Assembly: GCA_963734535.1 (NCBI GenBank)
Contig: CAVTHS010000007.1
Location: forward strand, 32,001-96,000
Direction of reading: 5' to 3'
From: an uncultured Chloroflexia bacterium
GTDB lineage: Bacteria > Chloroflexota > Limnocylindria > Limnocylindrales > CSP1-4
DNA length: 64,000 nucleotides
Both the position numbers and the translations under genes were made by a program. Below the pieces are notes generated by a model. It saw nothing but the letters and a program-made list of their open reading frames with translations, made no database searches and had not been told where the DNA came from. Shown here piece after piece: positions 1 to 10,254 of the stretch (its first letter is position 1; every line of letters starts with the position of its first letter).

Positions 1-289
1 GTTCACGTTCCGCTCGAACGGCGGCAGGTTCGCGACCTCCTGGCCGTGCAGCTCGATGCGGCCGCCGGACGGCCGCTCGAACCCGGCGATCATGCGCAGC
101 GTGGTGGTCTTCCCGGAGCCGGATGGGCCGAGCATCGAGAAGAACTCGCCCTCGGCCACGTCCAGATCGATCCCGGCCACGGCAACGACGTCGCCGAACC
201 GCTTCTGGAGCCCGACGAGCCGGATTGCCGGGATCGAGTCCGGGAGTGGAGCGACGAGCCTCGGGGCGGGGCGCGATGCGGGTCGCCAA
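1..289 (-). CDS. ABC transporter ATP-binding protein, PotA/polyamine-type (5' part; runs off the window)
   Basis: Manual reverse-strand translation gives [75 protein letters not shown], with Walker A GPSGSGKT. The start is uncertain: a TTG at 289 follows a GAGGAG but is one base out of frame. Confidence 0.85.
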   Translation of the reverse strand, partial: MATRIAPRPEARRSTPGLDPGNPARRAPEAVRRRRCRGRDRSGRGRGRVLLDARPIRLREDHHAAHDRRVRAAVRRPHRAARPGGREPAAVRAERE

Positions 290-593
290 GTATCTCCTCG
301 AGCGAGCTGGCCGAACGCGACCGCCCCGCGTTGATCCCGGGCGGAGCGCCGTCCCGGCCGCGAATCTTCCGGCGATCCTCGTCGCGACCGCCCGATCGGG
401 GCCGTACTGTGCGCTGGCCGTTCGCGGAGTGTCAACGATTCGGACCCCGTGCAGGCGGAGCGTCCCGGGCGCCGGCACGGGTAGACTCGCCGACGTGCCG
501 CAACCCGCCCATCGCCCAGCATCCGGGCTCGCCCCAGCGGGGATTCCCCGATCACCTCGGGCGATTCGCGCGTTGCCGACGGCGATTCGCGCC

Positions 594-1139
594 GTGCCCG
601 CCGCGGCGCGCGGCCTGGCGCTGGGGCTCCTGCTCGTGCTCGCCGGATGCGACGCGGGCGCGGTCCCGGCCACGCCGCCGATCACGCCCGGGGTCCCGGG
701 CGTGCCGCGCCAGGTGAACGTGATCCTCAAGGACTACCTCTTCGAGCCCGCGGTCGTGGATCTCGTGCCCGGCGAGACGATCCGCCTCAACGTCGTCAAC
801 GGGGGTCTCGACACCCACGAGCTCATCATCGGGACACGCCAGGTCCAGGATGCGTGGGCGGCCGCGGAGCGGCCCGCGGCGAACCCGCCGCCGGGCGCCA
901 CGCCGCTCGTTGCCGTGGCACCCGGCCTGGAAGGGACCCGGATCGTGGTCGGCTCCGGTCAGATCCGCTCGATCACCTGGACGGTGCCCGCAGACGCCGG
1001 CAGCCTCCTCCTCGGCTGCCACATCTCCGATCACTACGAGCGAGGGATGGCGGGCCTCGTCCGGGCGGTCGGCCCCGGCGGGATCCTGCTGGCGCCGGCG
1101 TCGGGTCCGTCCGGCCCGATCGCGTCCGCGGCGCCCTGA
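594..1139 (+). CDS. Cupredoxin (blue-copper) lipoprotein
   Basis: Lipobox LAGC, HELIIG and C-terminal [11 protein letters not shown] (C-x4-H-x4-M type-1 Cu motif). Start is GTG 594 or TTG 573 within ORF 123..1139. Confidence 0.8.
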   Translation: MPAAARGLALGLLLVLAGCDAGAVPATPPITPGVPGVPRQVNVILKDYLFEPAVVDLVPGETIRLNVVNGGLDTHELIIGTRQVQDAWAAAERPAANPPPGATPLVAVAPGLEGTRIVVGSGQIRSITWTVPADAGSLLLGCHISDHYERGMAGLVRAVGPGGILLAPASGPSGPIASAAP

Positions 1140-1263
1140 CGCACCGGGCCGGGCGGTCGCATGGCAGTCCGAGGTGATACGCTCGCCATGCGCGAGTTCA
1201 CCGGCGCCGTGGCGCCGTCGGCCGGCATGAACGCAGACACGACAAGCGGAGGAGCAGCCTCAG

Positions 1264-1551
<288 letters not shown>

Positions 1552-1622
1552 CACTGCCGGCCGGCGCGTCCGCGACGAACCGGCGACTGACCGGCGGCGA
1601 GCGCGCCGCCCCTGCAGACTCG

Positions 1623-1654
1623 ACGACCGGCCCCCCGCCCGGGTGGCCGGTCGT
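1623..1654 (+). terminator. GC-rich stem-loop downstream of the ferredoxin
   Basis: Inverted repeat acgaccggcc / ggccggtcgt; no U-tract. Confidence 0.4.
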
Positions 1655-1671
1655 GTCGTTCCTGGAGCGCC

Positions 1672-2559
1672 ATGCGCATCGTCTCCCTCCTCCCTGCCGC
1701 AACGGAGATCGTCGTCGCGCTCGGGCTCGCCGACGAGCTCGTCGGCGTCACCGATGCGTGCGCCGGCGTGCCCGAGTCGTCCGCGGTTCGCGTGGTCGCC
1801 CGGCGCGTGGCGCGGGGTCCTGCGACCGGTCCTGCCGCGCCGCCGTTCGACGTGGACGACGCGGGGGTCGTGGATCTGCGTCCGGACCTCGTGCTCGCAC
1901 CGGGCTGGTGGCGACCCGAACGGGCCGGGATCGAACGTCCGGCCGAGGCGATGGATCGCCGTGGCGACGGGCCCACGGTCGTGATCCTGGCGCCGTCGAG
2001 CATCGAAGGCATCCTCCACGCCATCTCCACCGTCGGGGCGATGACCTCGTCGGAGGACGCGGCGCTGGACCTCGTCGAGGATCTTCGGGAGCGCCTGGCC
2101 GGCGTCGAGGAATCGGTCGAGCGGCGGCGCACGGCCGGCCACGCGCCGCCCCGGGTGATCGCGCTGGACTGGCTCGACCCGCTGCTCGCGGCCGGGCGCT
2201 GGGTCCCCGAGCAGATCCGCCGCGCCGGGGGGTGGGACCTGCTGGGCCGTGACGGCGAGGACCCGGCGCCCACGAGCTGGGAGGCCGTGGAGGACCTCGA
2301 TCCCGAGATGCTGCTCCTTATGCCGCGCGACGCCGACCTCGCGGGCACGCTCGCAGCCTGGGCGGGCGTGTCGCGTCCCGCGGGCTGGGGCGAGATCCAC
2401 GCGGTCCGCCGGGGCCAGGTCTTCGCGCTCGACGCGGCTGCCTGCTTCGGAAACCCCGGGCCCGGCGTGATCGACGGAATCGAGCTGCTCGCGGAGCTCT
2501 TCGACCCGGTCGGAATCGTCGACGTCGCGCCGCCATGCGGCTGGGTGCCGGTCGATTGA
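1672..2559 (+). CDS. Cobalamin/Fe-siderophore-type ABC substrate-binding protein (BtuF-like, no signal peptide)
   Basis: MRIVSLLPAATEIV..LG...LVGVT start, WLDP...GRWVPEQI..AGG, AVRRGQVF..D...PGP..DGIE. Confidence 0.8.
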   Translation: MRIVSLLPAATEIVVALGLADELVGVTDACAGVPESSAVRVVARRVARGPATGPAAPPFDVDDAGVVDLRPDLVLAPGWWRPERAGIERPAEAMDRRGDGPTVVILAPSSIEGILHAISTVGAMTSSEDAALDLVEDLRERLAGVEESVERRRTAGHAPPRVIALDWLDPLLAAGRWVPEQIRRAGGWDLLGRDGEDPAPTSWEAVEDLDPEMLLLMPRDADLAGTLAAWAGVSRPAGWGEIHAVRRGQVFALDAAACFGNPGPGVIDGIELLAELFDPVGIVDVAPPCGWVPVD

Positions 2560-3602
2560 GCGCGGGTGGGCCGACGGCACGGGACGGCACGCCCGCCGGG
2601 CTGCTGCCCTTCGACTGCCTCTGGTGCGGGCAGGCCTGGCGTCCGCGGGACGCGACCGACCTGGAGGCGCTCGCCCGCCTCTGTCCGGACTGCCTTGGAC
2701 GCGCGGGCTCGAACGAGTTCCTCCGGTTCCGGCTTCGCGCCGCGCTCGATGCCAGGGCCGGGGCGGTGGCGGCCGCGCCGGCCGAGGCCCCTGCGTCCCC
2801 TGTCGCGCCGACGGCGGCCTCTGCGCCACCCGACGAGCGTGCCGCGTACCTCGAATCCGTCCCGCCGGCCGACTCAGCCCTGCCGGCCGATCGCGTCGAC
2901 CATGCGGTGCCCGGCATGTCCACCCACGAGGACGAGCTGCTCCCGTATTACGAGGCGCGGGCAGCCGAATACGACGACTGGTACCTGCGTCGTGGCCGCT
3001 ATTCGCACGGCCTCGTCTCGGACATGGCGTGGGAGATGGAGCTGGGGGTGGCCTCGACCTGGCTGGACGGGCTCCCGCTCGGCGGAGAGATCGTGGAGCT
3101 CGCCGCCGGCACGGGCTGGTGGACCGCGCTCCTGGCCGCGAAGGGCGACCTCCACGCCTACGATGTGGCCGGCGCGCCGCTCGATCGGGCGCGTGCCCGA
3201 CTCGTTGCCCACGGGCTCCGGGCGCACCTCCACGTTCGGGATGCCTGGGCCGCGCCGGACCGGGCCGTGGACGCGCTCTTCAGCGGCTTCTGGCTCAGCC
3301 ACGTGCCGCGCCCGCGGCTCGCGGACTTCCTGGGGATCGCCCGCGCCTGGCTTCGGCCCGGGGGGATCTACGCGGCGATCGACTCGCAGCCGGACGCAGC
3401 GTCGGGGACAGTCGACCGGCTGCCGGCTCCCGCGCCGGACCTCGCGCGGCGCCGTCTCGCCGACGGCCGCGAGTTCACGATCCCGAAGGTGCACTACCGG
3501 GGCGATGAGCTGGCCGAGGCGCTGCGCTCTGCCGGGTTCGTCGACGTGGAGGTCGGTTCGAGCGGGCGCTTCTTCCTGCTCGTGCGCGCGATCGCCGCCT
3601 GA
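2556..3602 (+). CDS. Class I SAM-dependent methyltransferase with an N-terminal CxxC...CxxC extension
   Basis: YYEARAAEYDDWY, VELAAGTGWWT (SAM motif I), FSGFWLSHVP, LRPGG; N-terminal CLWC and CPDC. A TTG start overlaps the upstream stop. Confidence 0.8.
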   Translation: MSAGGPTARDGTPAGLLPFDCLWCGQAWRPRDATDLEALARLCPDCLGRAGSNEFLRFRLRAALDARAGAVAAAPAEAPASPVAPTAASAPPDERAAYLESVPPADSALPADRVDHAVPGMSTHEDELLPYYEARAAEYDDWYLRRGRYSHGLVSDMAWEMELGVASTWLDGLPLGGEIVELAAGTGWWTALLAAKGDLHAYDVAGAPLDRARARLVAHGLRAHLHVRDAWAAPDRAVDALFSGFWLSHVPRPRLADFLGIARAWLRPGGIYAAIDSQPDAASGTVDRLPAPAPDLARRRLADGREFTIPKVHYRGDELAEALRSAGFVDVEVGSSGRFFLLVRAIAA

Positions 3603-3628
3603 CCGGCGGGCCGGGTACACTCGCGCGG

Positions 3629-4492
3629 ATGTCGCCGCTCGAAGGACGCACGCTCGCCACCGTCGGCACCGGGGTGATGGCGGAATCCATGATCGCCGGG
3701 CTGATCCGCGGCCGGCTGGTGGAGCCCGCGAACCTGGTCGCGAGCCATCCCCGCGCCGATCGCCGCGATGAGCTCGCCGCTGCCCACGGCATTCGCGTGA
3801 CGGCGAGCAACGTGGATGCCGTCGATGGAGCGGACGTGATCGTGCTGGCCGTGAAGCCGCAGATGCTCGCCCGCGTTGGTCGCGAGATCGGACCGCATCT
3901 CCGCCCGGGCCAGCTGGTGCTGAGCATCATCGCGGGCGCAACCACCACGGCGCTTGCCGGTCTCCTGGGCCATCGCGAGCTTGTCCGGAGCATGCCCAAC
4001 ACCCCGGCTCAGCTGGGCCATGGGATGACCGTCTGGTACGCGACGCCGGAGACGACGCCCGAGCAGCGCGCCCAGGCGAAGGCGCTCCTCTCCGCGCTCG
4101 GCGTCGAGATCGAGGTCGACGACGAGAAGTTCGTGGCGATGGCCACGGCCGTCTCCGGCACCGGCCCGACGTACGTCTTCCTCGTCATGGAGGCGCTCGT
4201 GGACGCCGCCGTCCACCTGGGCTTCCCGCGCCACGTGGCCCACGACCTGGTGGTCGAGACGCTCGAGGGGAGCGCCCTCTTCGCCAAGGCGTCCGGGACC
4301 CATCCGGCCGTGCTTCGGAACATGGTCACCTCGCCGGGCGGGACGAGCGCCGCCGCCCTCCACGAGCTCGAGTCGGGCCGCCTCCGGACGGTCCTCTCCG
4401 AGGCCGTCTGGGCCGCCTACCGGCGCACCGTGGAGCTGGGGGAGCAGCTCGAGGCCTCGGTCGAGTCGGCGGACCGCCGGTCCACGCGATGA
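3629..4492 (+). CDS. proC: Pyrroline-5-carboxylate reductase
   Basis: GTGVMA nucleotide-binding motif, LAVKPQ, RSMPNTP, SGTGP, VTSPGGTS. Confidence 0.95.
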   Translation: MSPLEGRTLATVGTGVMAESMIAGLIRGRLVEPANLVASHPRADRRDELAAAHGIRVTASNVDAVDGADVIVLAVKPQMLARVGREIGPHLRPGQLVLSIIAGATTTALAGLLGHRELVRSMPNTPAQLGHGMTVWYATPETTPEQRAQAKALLSALGVEIEVDDEKFVAMATAVSGTGPTYVFLVMEALVDAAVHLGFPRHVAHDLVVETLEGSALFAKASGTHPAVLRNMVTSPGGTSAAALHELESGRLRTVLSEAVWAAYRRTVELGEQLEASVESADRRSTR

Positions 4493-4704
4493 CGGTCGGT
4501 CTTCGCACGGCCCCGGTGGCCGACGTGCGCGCCGTCGACCTGCGTGCCGCCGACCGCGACCTGTGGGCCGACGAAGCGGCGATCCGGGCACGCCTGCCGG
4601 TCGACCTCGACCGGATCCCGGCCCCGGCCTTCATGGTCCTCCACGGGCACGCGCTCGAGCTCCCGGACATCCTCGAGCGGGCCACGCGTTCCGCGACCGC
4701 GTGA
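4489..4704 (+). CDS. Small hypothetical protein (71 aa)
   Basis: ATGA overlap with the proC stop and GTGA overlap with the next start, suggesting translational coupling at both ends. Confidence 0.5.
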   Translation: MTVGLRTAPVADVRAVDLRAADRDLWADEAAIRARLPVDLDRIPAPAFMVLHGHALELPDILERATRSATA

Positions 4705-5546
4705 GCGACGTGCACGTCCCGCCTCCGCGGGGCCTCCTCGCGATCTTCGCGCACCCGGACGACGAGTCGTTCGGCGTGGGCGGCGTGCTCGCGCTCGCGG
4801 CGGCCCGCGGCGTGCCGACGAACCTGGTCTGCGCGACCGACGGGGACCTGGGCGGGGAGGCGGGCGCGCGCGAGCTCGACCGTGAGCTGCGCCGCGCCGA
4901 GCTGCGAGAGGCGATGGCCGCCCTCGGCGTCCCCGAGCCGATCTTCCTCGGCTACCGCGACAGCGGGATGGAGAGCTGGCCGCGCCCGGCCGAGTGCTTC
5001 GCGAACGCGGACGCGGAGGAGGTCGTGGGCCGCCTCGAGGCGATCCTCGCCGATCTGCGCCCCGAGGTCGTCCTGACGTTCGATCCGGGCGGGATCTACG
5101 GCCATCCCGACCACGTGACGGCCTCCGCCCGGGCGACCGAGGCGTATCGGCGGGCGGCACGCCGGCCGGGCGGTCCTCGCGTGCTGTATCACCAGGCGAT
5201 CCCGCGCAGCGGTCTCGCGGAGATGGGGCGCATCCAGGAGGCGTTCGCTGCGATGCGCGGTGGTACGGCCGCCCCGCCCCCGAGCGAGGACGACCTCCTC
5301 CAGCAGCGGCGCTTCGCGGAGCTGGCCCGACCAGACGAGGAGATCACCACGATCGTCGACGTCCGCAGCGTGCTCGACCGAAAGCTCGCCGCGCTGTCTG
5401 CGCACGCGAGCCAGATGCGCGACGGGAGCTGGGCCGACGCGCCGCGCGAGATGGTCGAGCAGTTCCTGGGCTGGGAGACGTTCGTGCGGGTGGACCCACC
5501 GCCCATGCACGGAGAGCGGGAGACGGACCTCCGCGGCGTGGTATAA
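4701..5546 (+). CDS. PIG-L family deacetylase (MshB/Mca-like)
   Basis: FAHPDDE, ATDG, RRAEL, LGYRDSGM, YGHPDH and HASQ motifs. Confidence 0.9.
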   Translation: MSDVHVPPPRGLLAIFAHPDDESFGVGGVLALAAARGVPTNLVCATDGDLGGEAGARELDRELRRAELREAMAALGVPEPIFLGYRDSGMESWPRPAECFANADAEEVVGRLEAILADLRPEVVLTFDPGGIYGHPDHVTASARATEAYRRAARRPGGPRVLYHQAIPRSGLAEMGRIQEAFAAMRGGTAAPPPSEDDLLQQRRFAELARPDEEITTIVDVRSVLDRKLAALSAHASQMRDGSWADAPREMVEQFLGWETFVRVDPPPMHGERETDLRGVV

Positions 5547-5554
5547 CGCCGCCG

Positions 5555-7816
5555 ATGCCTCCCGGACGCGTGATCGAGCCCTCCGACGACGACCTCCTCC
5601 CGAACGCCGAGACCGCGCTCGAAGCAGTGAGCGCCGATGCACCGGTGCCGGTCCCGATCGTTGCCCCGCCCCGCCGCCGCGGGCGGCCACCCGGCTCGAA
5701 GAACCGTCCGAAGCCCGCGCCGGATCCCGCGCCTGCGAGCGAGCCGCTCTCCGAGTTCGATCCGTCGACGCCGCAGGAGGCGACGCCTGGGGCGACGCCT
5801 GCCGCCACGGGTGCCGGGACCCGCCGCCGTGCTTCCCGGCCGCCCGGCGCCGCGTCCGCCTCCATCCCCCTCCGCGACCGGTTGACGATCGAGCAGCTCG
5901 TCGCGTGCGACTCCCCGCGCGAGCCGCGCCTTTCGCCCGACGGGCGACGCGTCGCCTACACCGCCGAGGCCGGCGGGGCGCGCCAGGTCTTCATCTTCGA
6001 CCTGCGGAGCGGCGCGACACGCCAGCTCACCGCCTCCGAGAAGGCCGTCTCGGATCCGCAGTGGGCGCCCGACGGCGCGCACCTCGCGTACGTTCGCGAC
6101 GACGCGATCTGGGTGATCGGGACCAACGGCAGCCGGGCCACCATCGTCACCGACCACCCCGCGGGCAGCCGGGCGCCGCGCTGGGCGCCCGACGGTCGTC
6201 GGATCGCGTTCGTCTCTCGCCGCCGCGGCTGGAGCCAGGCCTGGGTCCAGGATGCGCCGCTGCCGCACCGCGGCCGTCCGGCCGCCCGCCCGGTCGCGCC
6301 CGAGCCGCGCGCGCTCACGCCGGCCGGGGTGGACGTCGACGGGCTGGCCTGGTCGCCGGACGGGACCCGCCTCGCCATCACGGCGCAGCGCCAGCCCGAC
6401 CTCCTCACCAACCAGGTCACGATCCTCGATCTCGCCTCGGGCGAGGAGCGCCTCGTCGCCGGCGCCGCGGAGTGGGCAACCGGGGCACGCTGGCTCCCCG
6501 ACGGGCGCGGCGTCATCTTCGTGGGTGATGCCGACGGCTGGTTCCAGGTCGTGCGCGTCGATGCCGACGGCACGGGACGGAGCGTTCTCACGTCGGGAGC
6601 CGTCGAGCATGGCGCACCGGGAGCCCTCTTCGGGGTTGCCCCCATCCCGTCGCCGGACGGGACCCGCTTCGTCCACGCGACCATCCGCGACGCGCTCCAG
6701 CAGCTCTACGTGGCCCCGATGGCGGCCGCGACCCCCGTGAAGCGCAGGCCCGGCCGGCCGCCGAAGCATCCCGCCGTCGAACCCCCGCCCGGTGCCGGCG
6801 CGCCGGTCCGGATCGACCCGTTCGACGGCGTCTGGCTGGCCGTCGACTGGCTGCCGGACGGCAGCGGGATTCTCGCGGTGGGGGAGTCGTGCCGCGAGCC
6901 GGAGGACCTCTGGATCCTGCCGGTTCCCGGCGTCGATGGGTCGCTCGGACGACGTCCCCGGCGTCTTACCCAGAGCCGCCCGGCCGCCCTCCCGATCGGC
7001 GGATTCGTGGACCCGGAGCATCGCCGGATCCGCGCTCGCGATGGGCTGCAGGTCCCTGTGACGCTGTGGCGGCCGGCGGCCGCCACGGGGCGACGGGGCG
7101 GGCTCACCGTCCCCACGATCGTCCACGTTCACGGTGGGCCCACCTGGCAGGCGTTCCGGGGGTGGGTCCCGCTCCGCGAGCTGCTGGTCCAGGAAGGCTT
7201 CGCCTACCTGTCGGTCGACTTCCGCGGCTCCACCGGGTACGGCCGCGACTTCCGGCACGCCAACCGGGGGGAATGGGGTCACGCCGACGTCCACGACGTC
7301 ATCGACGCGGCGCGCTGGGCCAGTGCCCAGCCCTGGTCGAACGGCAGGCTCGCGATGTACGGCGGGTCCTACGGCGGCTACCTGACGCTGTGCGCCCTGG
7401 TGGAGGAGCCGTCGATGTGGGCAGCCGGTGTCGACCTGTTCGGCGACTCGGAGATCGCGGAGAGCTATCGACACGGCGATCGCGTGGGCCGGATCGACCT
7501 GGAGCGGATGATGGGAAGCCCGGACGACCCTGCGGCGGTGGAGCACTACCGGCGCGGCTCGCCGCTCTATCGCGCGGAGCGGATCGAGGCGCCGCTCCTC
7601 CTGCTCCACGGGCGGAAGGACCGCCGCGTCGTGCCGCTGATGACCGAGAAGATGGTCGAGGCGCTCGAGATCGAGGGCAAGTACCACGAGGTGCACTGGT
7701 ACGCCGACGAGGGTCACGGCTGGGAACGGCGCGAGAACCGTCGCGACGCCTTCGGCCGCATCCTCGCCTGGCTGAAGCGGCACGTCGCCGGGGAGCTGCC
7801 GCCACCACCCGGCTGA
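5555..7816 (+). CDS. S9 (prolyl oligopeptidase/acylaminoacyl peptidase) with a PD40-type propeller and AT-hook-like motifs
   Basis: WAPDG/WSPDG repeats, HGGP, GSTGYG, GGSYGG nucleophile, HGRKD.RV, DEGHG. Confidence 0.9.
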   Translation: MPPGRVIEPSDDDLLPNAETALEAVSADAPVPVPIVAPPRRRGRPPGSKNRPKPAPDPAPASEPLSEFDPSTPQEATPGATPAATGAGTRRRASRPPGAASASIPLRDRLTIEQLVACDSPREPRLSPDGRRVAYTAEAGGARQVFIFDLRSGATRQLTASEKAVSDPQWAPDGAHLAYVRDDAIWVIGTNGSRATIVTDHPAGSRAPRWAPDGRRIAFVSRRRGWSQAWVQDAPLPHRGRPAARPVAPEPRALTPAGVDVDGLAWSPDGTRLAITAQRQPDLLTNQVTILDLASGEERLVAGAAEWATGARWLPDGRGVIFVGDADGWFQVVRVDADGTGRSVLTSGAVEHGAPGALFGVAPIPSPDGTRFVHATIRDALQQLYVAPMAAATPVKRRPGRPPKHPAVEPPPGAGAPVRIDPFDGVWLAVDWLPDGSGILAVGESCREPEDLWILPVPGVDGSLGRRPRRLTQSRPAALPIGGFVDPEHRRIRARDGLQVPVTLWRPAAATGRRGGLTVPTIVHVHGGPTWQAFRGWVPLRELLVQEGFAYLSVDFRGSTGYGRDFRHANRGEWGHADVHDVIDAARWASAQPWSNGRLAMYGGSYGGYLTLCALVEEPSMWAAGVDLFGDSEIAESYRHGDRVGRIDLERMMGSPDDPAAVEHYRRGSPLYRAERIEAPLLLLHGRKDRRVVPLMTEKMVEALEIEGKYHEVHWYADEGHGWERRENRRDAFGRILAWLKRHVAGELPPPPG

Positions 7817-7821
7817 TCGGC

Positions 7822-8262
7822 ATGGAGACAGTCGCCCGCCTCGCGGTCCTGCTCTCCTGCGCGGCGGCCGCCGGGGGGCTTCTCGTGAGCCTGGCCCGAC
7901 CGCATCCTGCGGGCATCCGCGTCCGCCCGGAAGGGCCGGGCAGCCTCCCCGGCGTGGTGCCGGCCGCGCTGGCCGGGTACGTGCTGCTCGCCGGCGGGGC
8001 CGCTCTCACCGGGGCCGGGACGCTCGAGGCGGGCATGCTCGCCACGGGGCTTCGGGCCGGCGGCGTCGGGCTGCTGGTCGCCACGGGGCTCCTTGCCGGC
8101 CTGGCCGTCGCGCCGACCGGCCAGCGCGTCCCGATGACGCTGGGAGGGTTGCTCATCCTCCTGTGGGCGGGCGGGGCACTCGCGCTCGTCAGCTGGCTGC
8201 TGGCGATCGGCGCCGTGCTGGTCGCGCTCGCCGGCAGCGTGCGGATGGACCCGGATCGCTGA
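7822..8262 (+). CDS. Hypothetical membrane protein
   Basis: About 4 hydrophobic segments; fills the gap between the S9 peptidase and the proline dehydrogenase. Confidence 0.6.
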   Translation: METVARLAVLLSCAAAAGGLLVSLARPHPAGIRVRPEGPGSLPGVVPAALAGYVLLAGGAALTGAGTLEAGMLATGLRAGGVGLLVATGLLAGLAVAPTGQRVPMTLGGLLILLWAGGALALVSWLLAIGAVLVALAGSVRMDPDR

Positions 8263-8397
8263 GGCCCCCCGCGGTAGCCTTGCGTCGCGACGGCGGCGAT
8301 GCCGCCGGCCCAGGAGGCGCCCCCCGATGTCGCTGCCGATCCGGCCTGCTGCCGGCACCGTCCCCGAGCTCGACGTTCGGGCGCCCGGGGTGGCCGG

Positions 8398-9366
8398 ATG
8401 ACGGCGACCGGTGCTCTCCGCGACGCGCCCGAGCGGGCGCTGCGGTCGCTCTTCATGGGGCTCTCGCACCGCCGGTCGCTTGGCCGGCTCGCGACCCGTG
8501 TCCCGATCACGCGCCCGATGGTCGGCCGGTTCGTGGCGGGCGAGAGCCTGCCCGAGGTGCTCGACGCGCTCGGGCGGCTCCGCGAGGGCGGGTACGGGAC
8601 GACCGTCGACGTCCTCGGCGAGTCTGTCTCTTCGGCGGAGGCCTGTGCTGCCGCCGCCGGTCGCTACGAGGAGACGCTCGCGGCGCTCGCCGGGCGCGGG
8701 CTGGAGCGGAACGTGAGCCTCAAGCTCACCCAGATGGGTCTCGACATCTCCGAGGAGATCTGTCGCGAGACGGTCGCCCGGGTCATGCGGGCGGCCGTGG
8801 AGGTCGGGGCATTCGTCCGGATCGACATGGAGGACCACACGAAGACCGATCGAACGCTCCGTCTCTGGCGCGAGCTGCGGTCGGTCAACCCGGAGACCGG
8901 GGTGGTGATCCAGGCCGCGCTGCGCCGGAGCGCGGCCGACGTCGAGGGCCTGATCGCCGAGGGGGCGCGGGTTCGCCTCTGCAAGGGCGCCTACAACGAG
9001 CCGGCGTCGGTCGCGTTCCGCGAGCGCGATGCCGTCGACGAGGCATACGAATCGCTTGCCCGCAGCCTGATGCGCGAAGGAGTCAACCCGGCCCTCGCGA
9101 CCCACGACGGACGGCTGATCGGGCGCCTTCTCCGCTTCGCCAGCGCGGAGGGGATCGCGCCGGATCGCTACGAGTTCCAGATGCTCTACGGCGTCCGGCG
9201 GGATCTCCAGGCGGAGCTGATCCGGCGCGGCCAGCGTGTCCGCGTCTACGTGCCGTACGGGACGGAGTGGTACCCATACTTCATGCGGCGCCTTGCAGAG
9301 AAGCCCGCCAACGTGGCATTCCTTCTGCGAAGCCTGCTCAAGGAGGGTCGCCGCCCGGCGGCCTGA
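8398..9366 (+). CDS. Monofunctional proline dehydrogenase
   Basis: RFVAGE, DVLGE, SLKLTQMG, RIDMED, RLCKGAY, ATHD, EFQMLYG, YFMRRLAE. Confidence 0.93.
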   Translation: MTATGALRDAPERALRSLFMGLSHRRSLGRLATRVPITRPMVGRFVAGESLPEVLDALGRLREGGYGTTVDVLGESVSSAEACAAAAGRYEETLAALAGRGLERNVSLKLTQMGLDISEEICRETVARVMRAAVEVGAFVRIDMEDHTKTDRTLRLWRELRSVNPETGVVIQAALRRSAADVEGLIAEGARVRLCKGAYNEPASVAFRERDAVDEAYESLARSLMREGVNPALATHDGRLIGRLLRFASAEGIAPDRYEFQMLYGVRRDLQAELIRRGQRVRVYVPYGTEWYPYFMRRLAEKPANVAFLLRSLLKEGRRPAA

Positions 9367-9406
9367 CACGCCCGATACCGGCCCGGCCGTGGCGCGGCGC
9401 CGCGCT

Positions 9407-10234
9407 TCAGCCCGGCAGGCGCTCCCGGAGCCAGCCGATCATCTCGTCGACGATCCGCGCCCCGGCGATCGGGTCGTGGTGCGGCTCGTGGCGTACCTCC
9501 GGGTAGACCCGGCGCTCGACCGACGGGTACGCGCCCGCGAACGCGCTCGACGCGGTCGGGACCAGCGGGTCCGCGCCGCCATGGACGAGCAGGACCGGGA
9601 GCGGGAAGCCGCCGTGCTCGGCCAGCCGGGCCCGCACGCGGTCCATCGCCCGGAAGATGCCGTTCCCCAGCCGAAACGTCGTTCGCGACTCGCACAGCGG
9701 GTCGACGGCGACCGCCTCACCGATCGCAGGGTCGCGCGAGAGCGCCGACCCCTTCCACGGGTTGTCGATCGCGGCACGCGGGATGACAACGGCCAGGACC
9801 GGAGCGGCGAGCCGAAGGGCCGGGTTGATCTTCGAGCCGAGCGCCGGCGCCGAGAGGATCGCGACGTCCGGGAGCGGGCGACCGTCGAGCAGGTAGTCGG
9901 CGAGGATCAGGCCGCCCAGCGAGTGACCGTAGATGGCGGCCGGAAGGCCCGGCCGCCGCGACGCGGCGAGCCGGTCCTCGATGTCGTCCAGGTAGCTGGC
10001 CCACCGCTCGGCATCGGCTCGTGGCCCGGCGGATGCCCCGAACCCGCGATGATCGTAGGACGCCGCCGCGATCCCGGCCGCGGCGAAACGTCCGGCAGTC
10101 GCCTCGTGGCGTCCCGAGTGCTCTCCGAGGCCGTGGACCACCAGGATCGTGGCCCACGGCTCGCCGGCGGGCGCCCACTGCCGGGTGAGGAGCGGCGTGC
10201 CGTCGCGCGCGGGAAGCGTCTCCAGCTCGGCCAT
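9407..10234 (-). CDS. Alpha/beta hydrolase (lysophospholipase/monoglyceride lipase family)
   Basis: HGLGEHSGR, DHRGFG, GHSLGG, HGGAD.LV, RHEPH. Confidence 0.9.
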   Translation of the reverse strand: MAELETLPARDGTPLLTRQWAPAGEPWATILVVHGLGEHSGRHEATAGRFAAAGIAAASYDHRGFGASAGPRADAERWASYLDDIEDRLAASRRPGLPAAIYGHSLGGLILADYLLDGRPLPDVAILSAPALGSKINPALRLAAPVLAVVIPRAAIDNPWKGSALSRDPAIGEAVAVDPLCESRTTFRLGNGIFRAMDRVRARLAEHGGFPLPVLLVHGGADPLVPTASSAFAGAYPSVERRVYPEVRHEPHHDPIAGARIVDEMIGWLRERLPG

Positions 10235-10254
10235 GTGGCCAAGGGTACGCTCGC

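Noticed and set aside
46-717. Plus-strand 223-aa ORF
   Set aside because: Antisense shadow of the minus-strand ABC ATPase.
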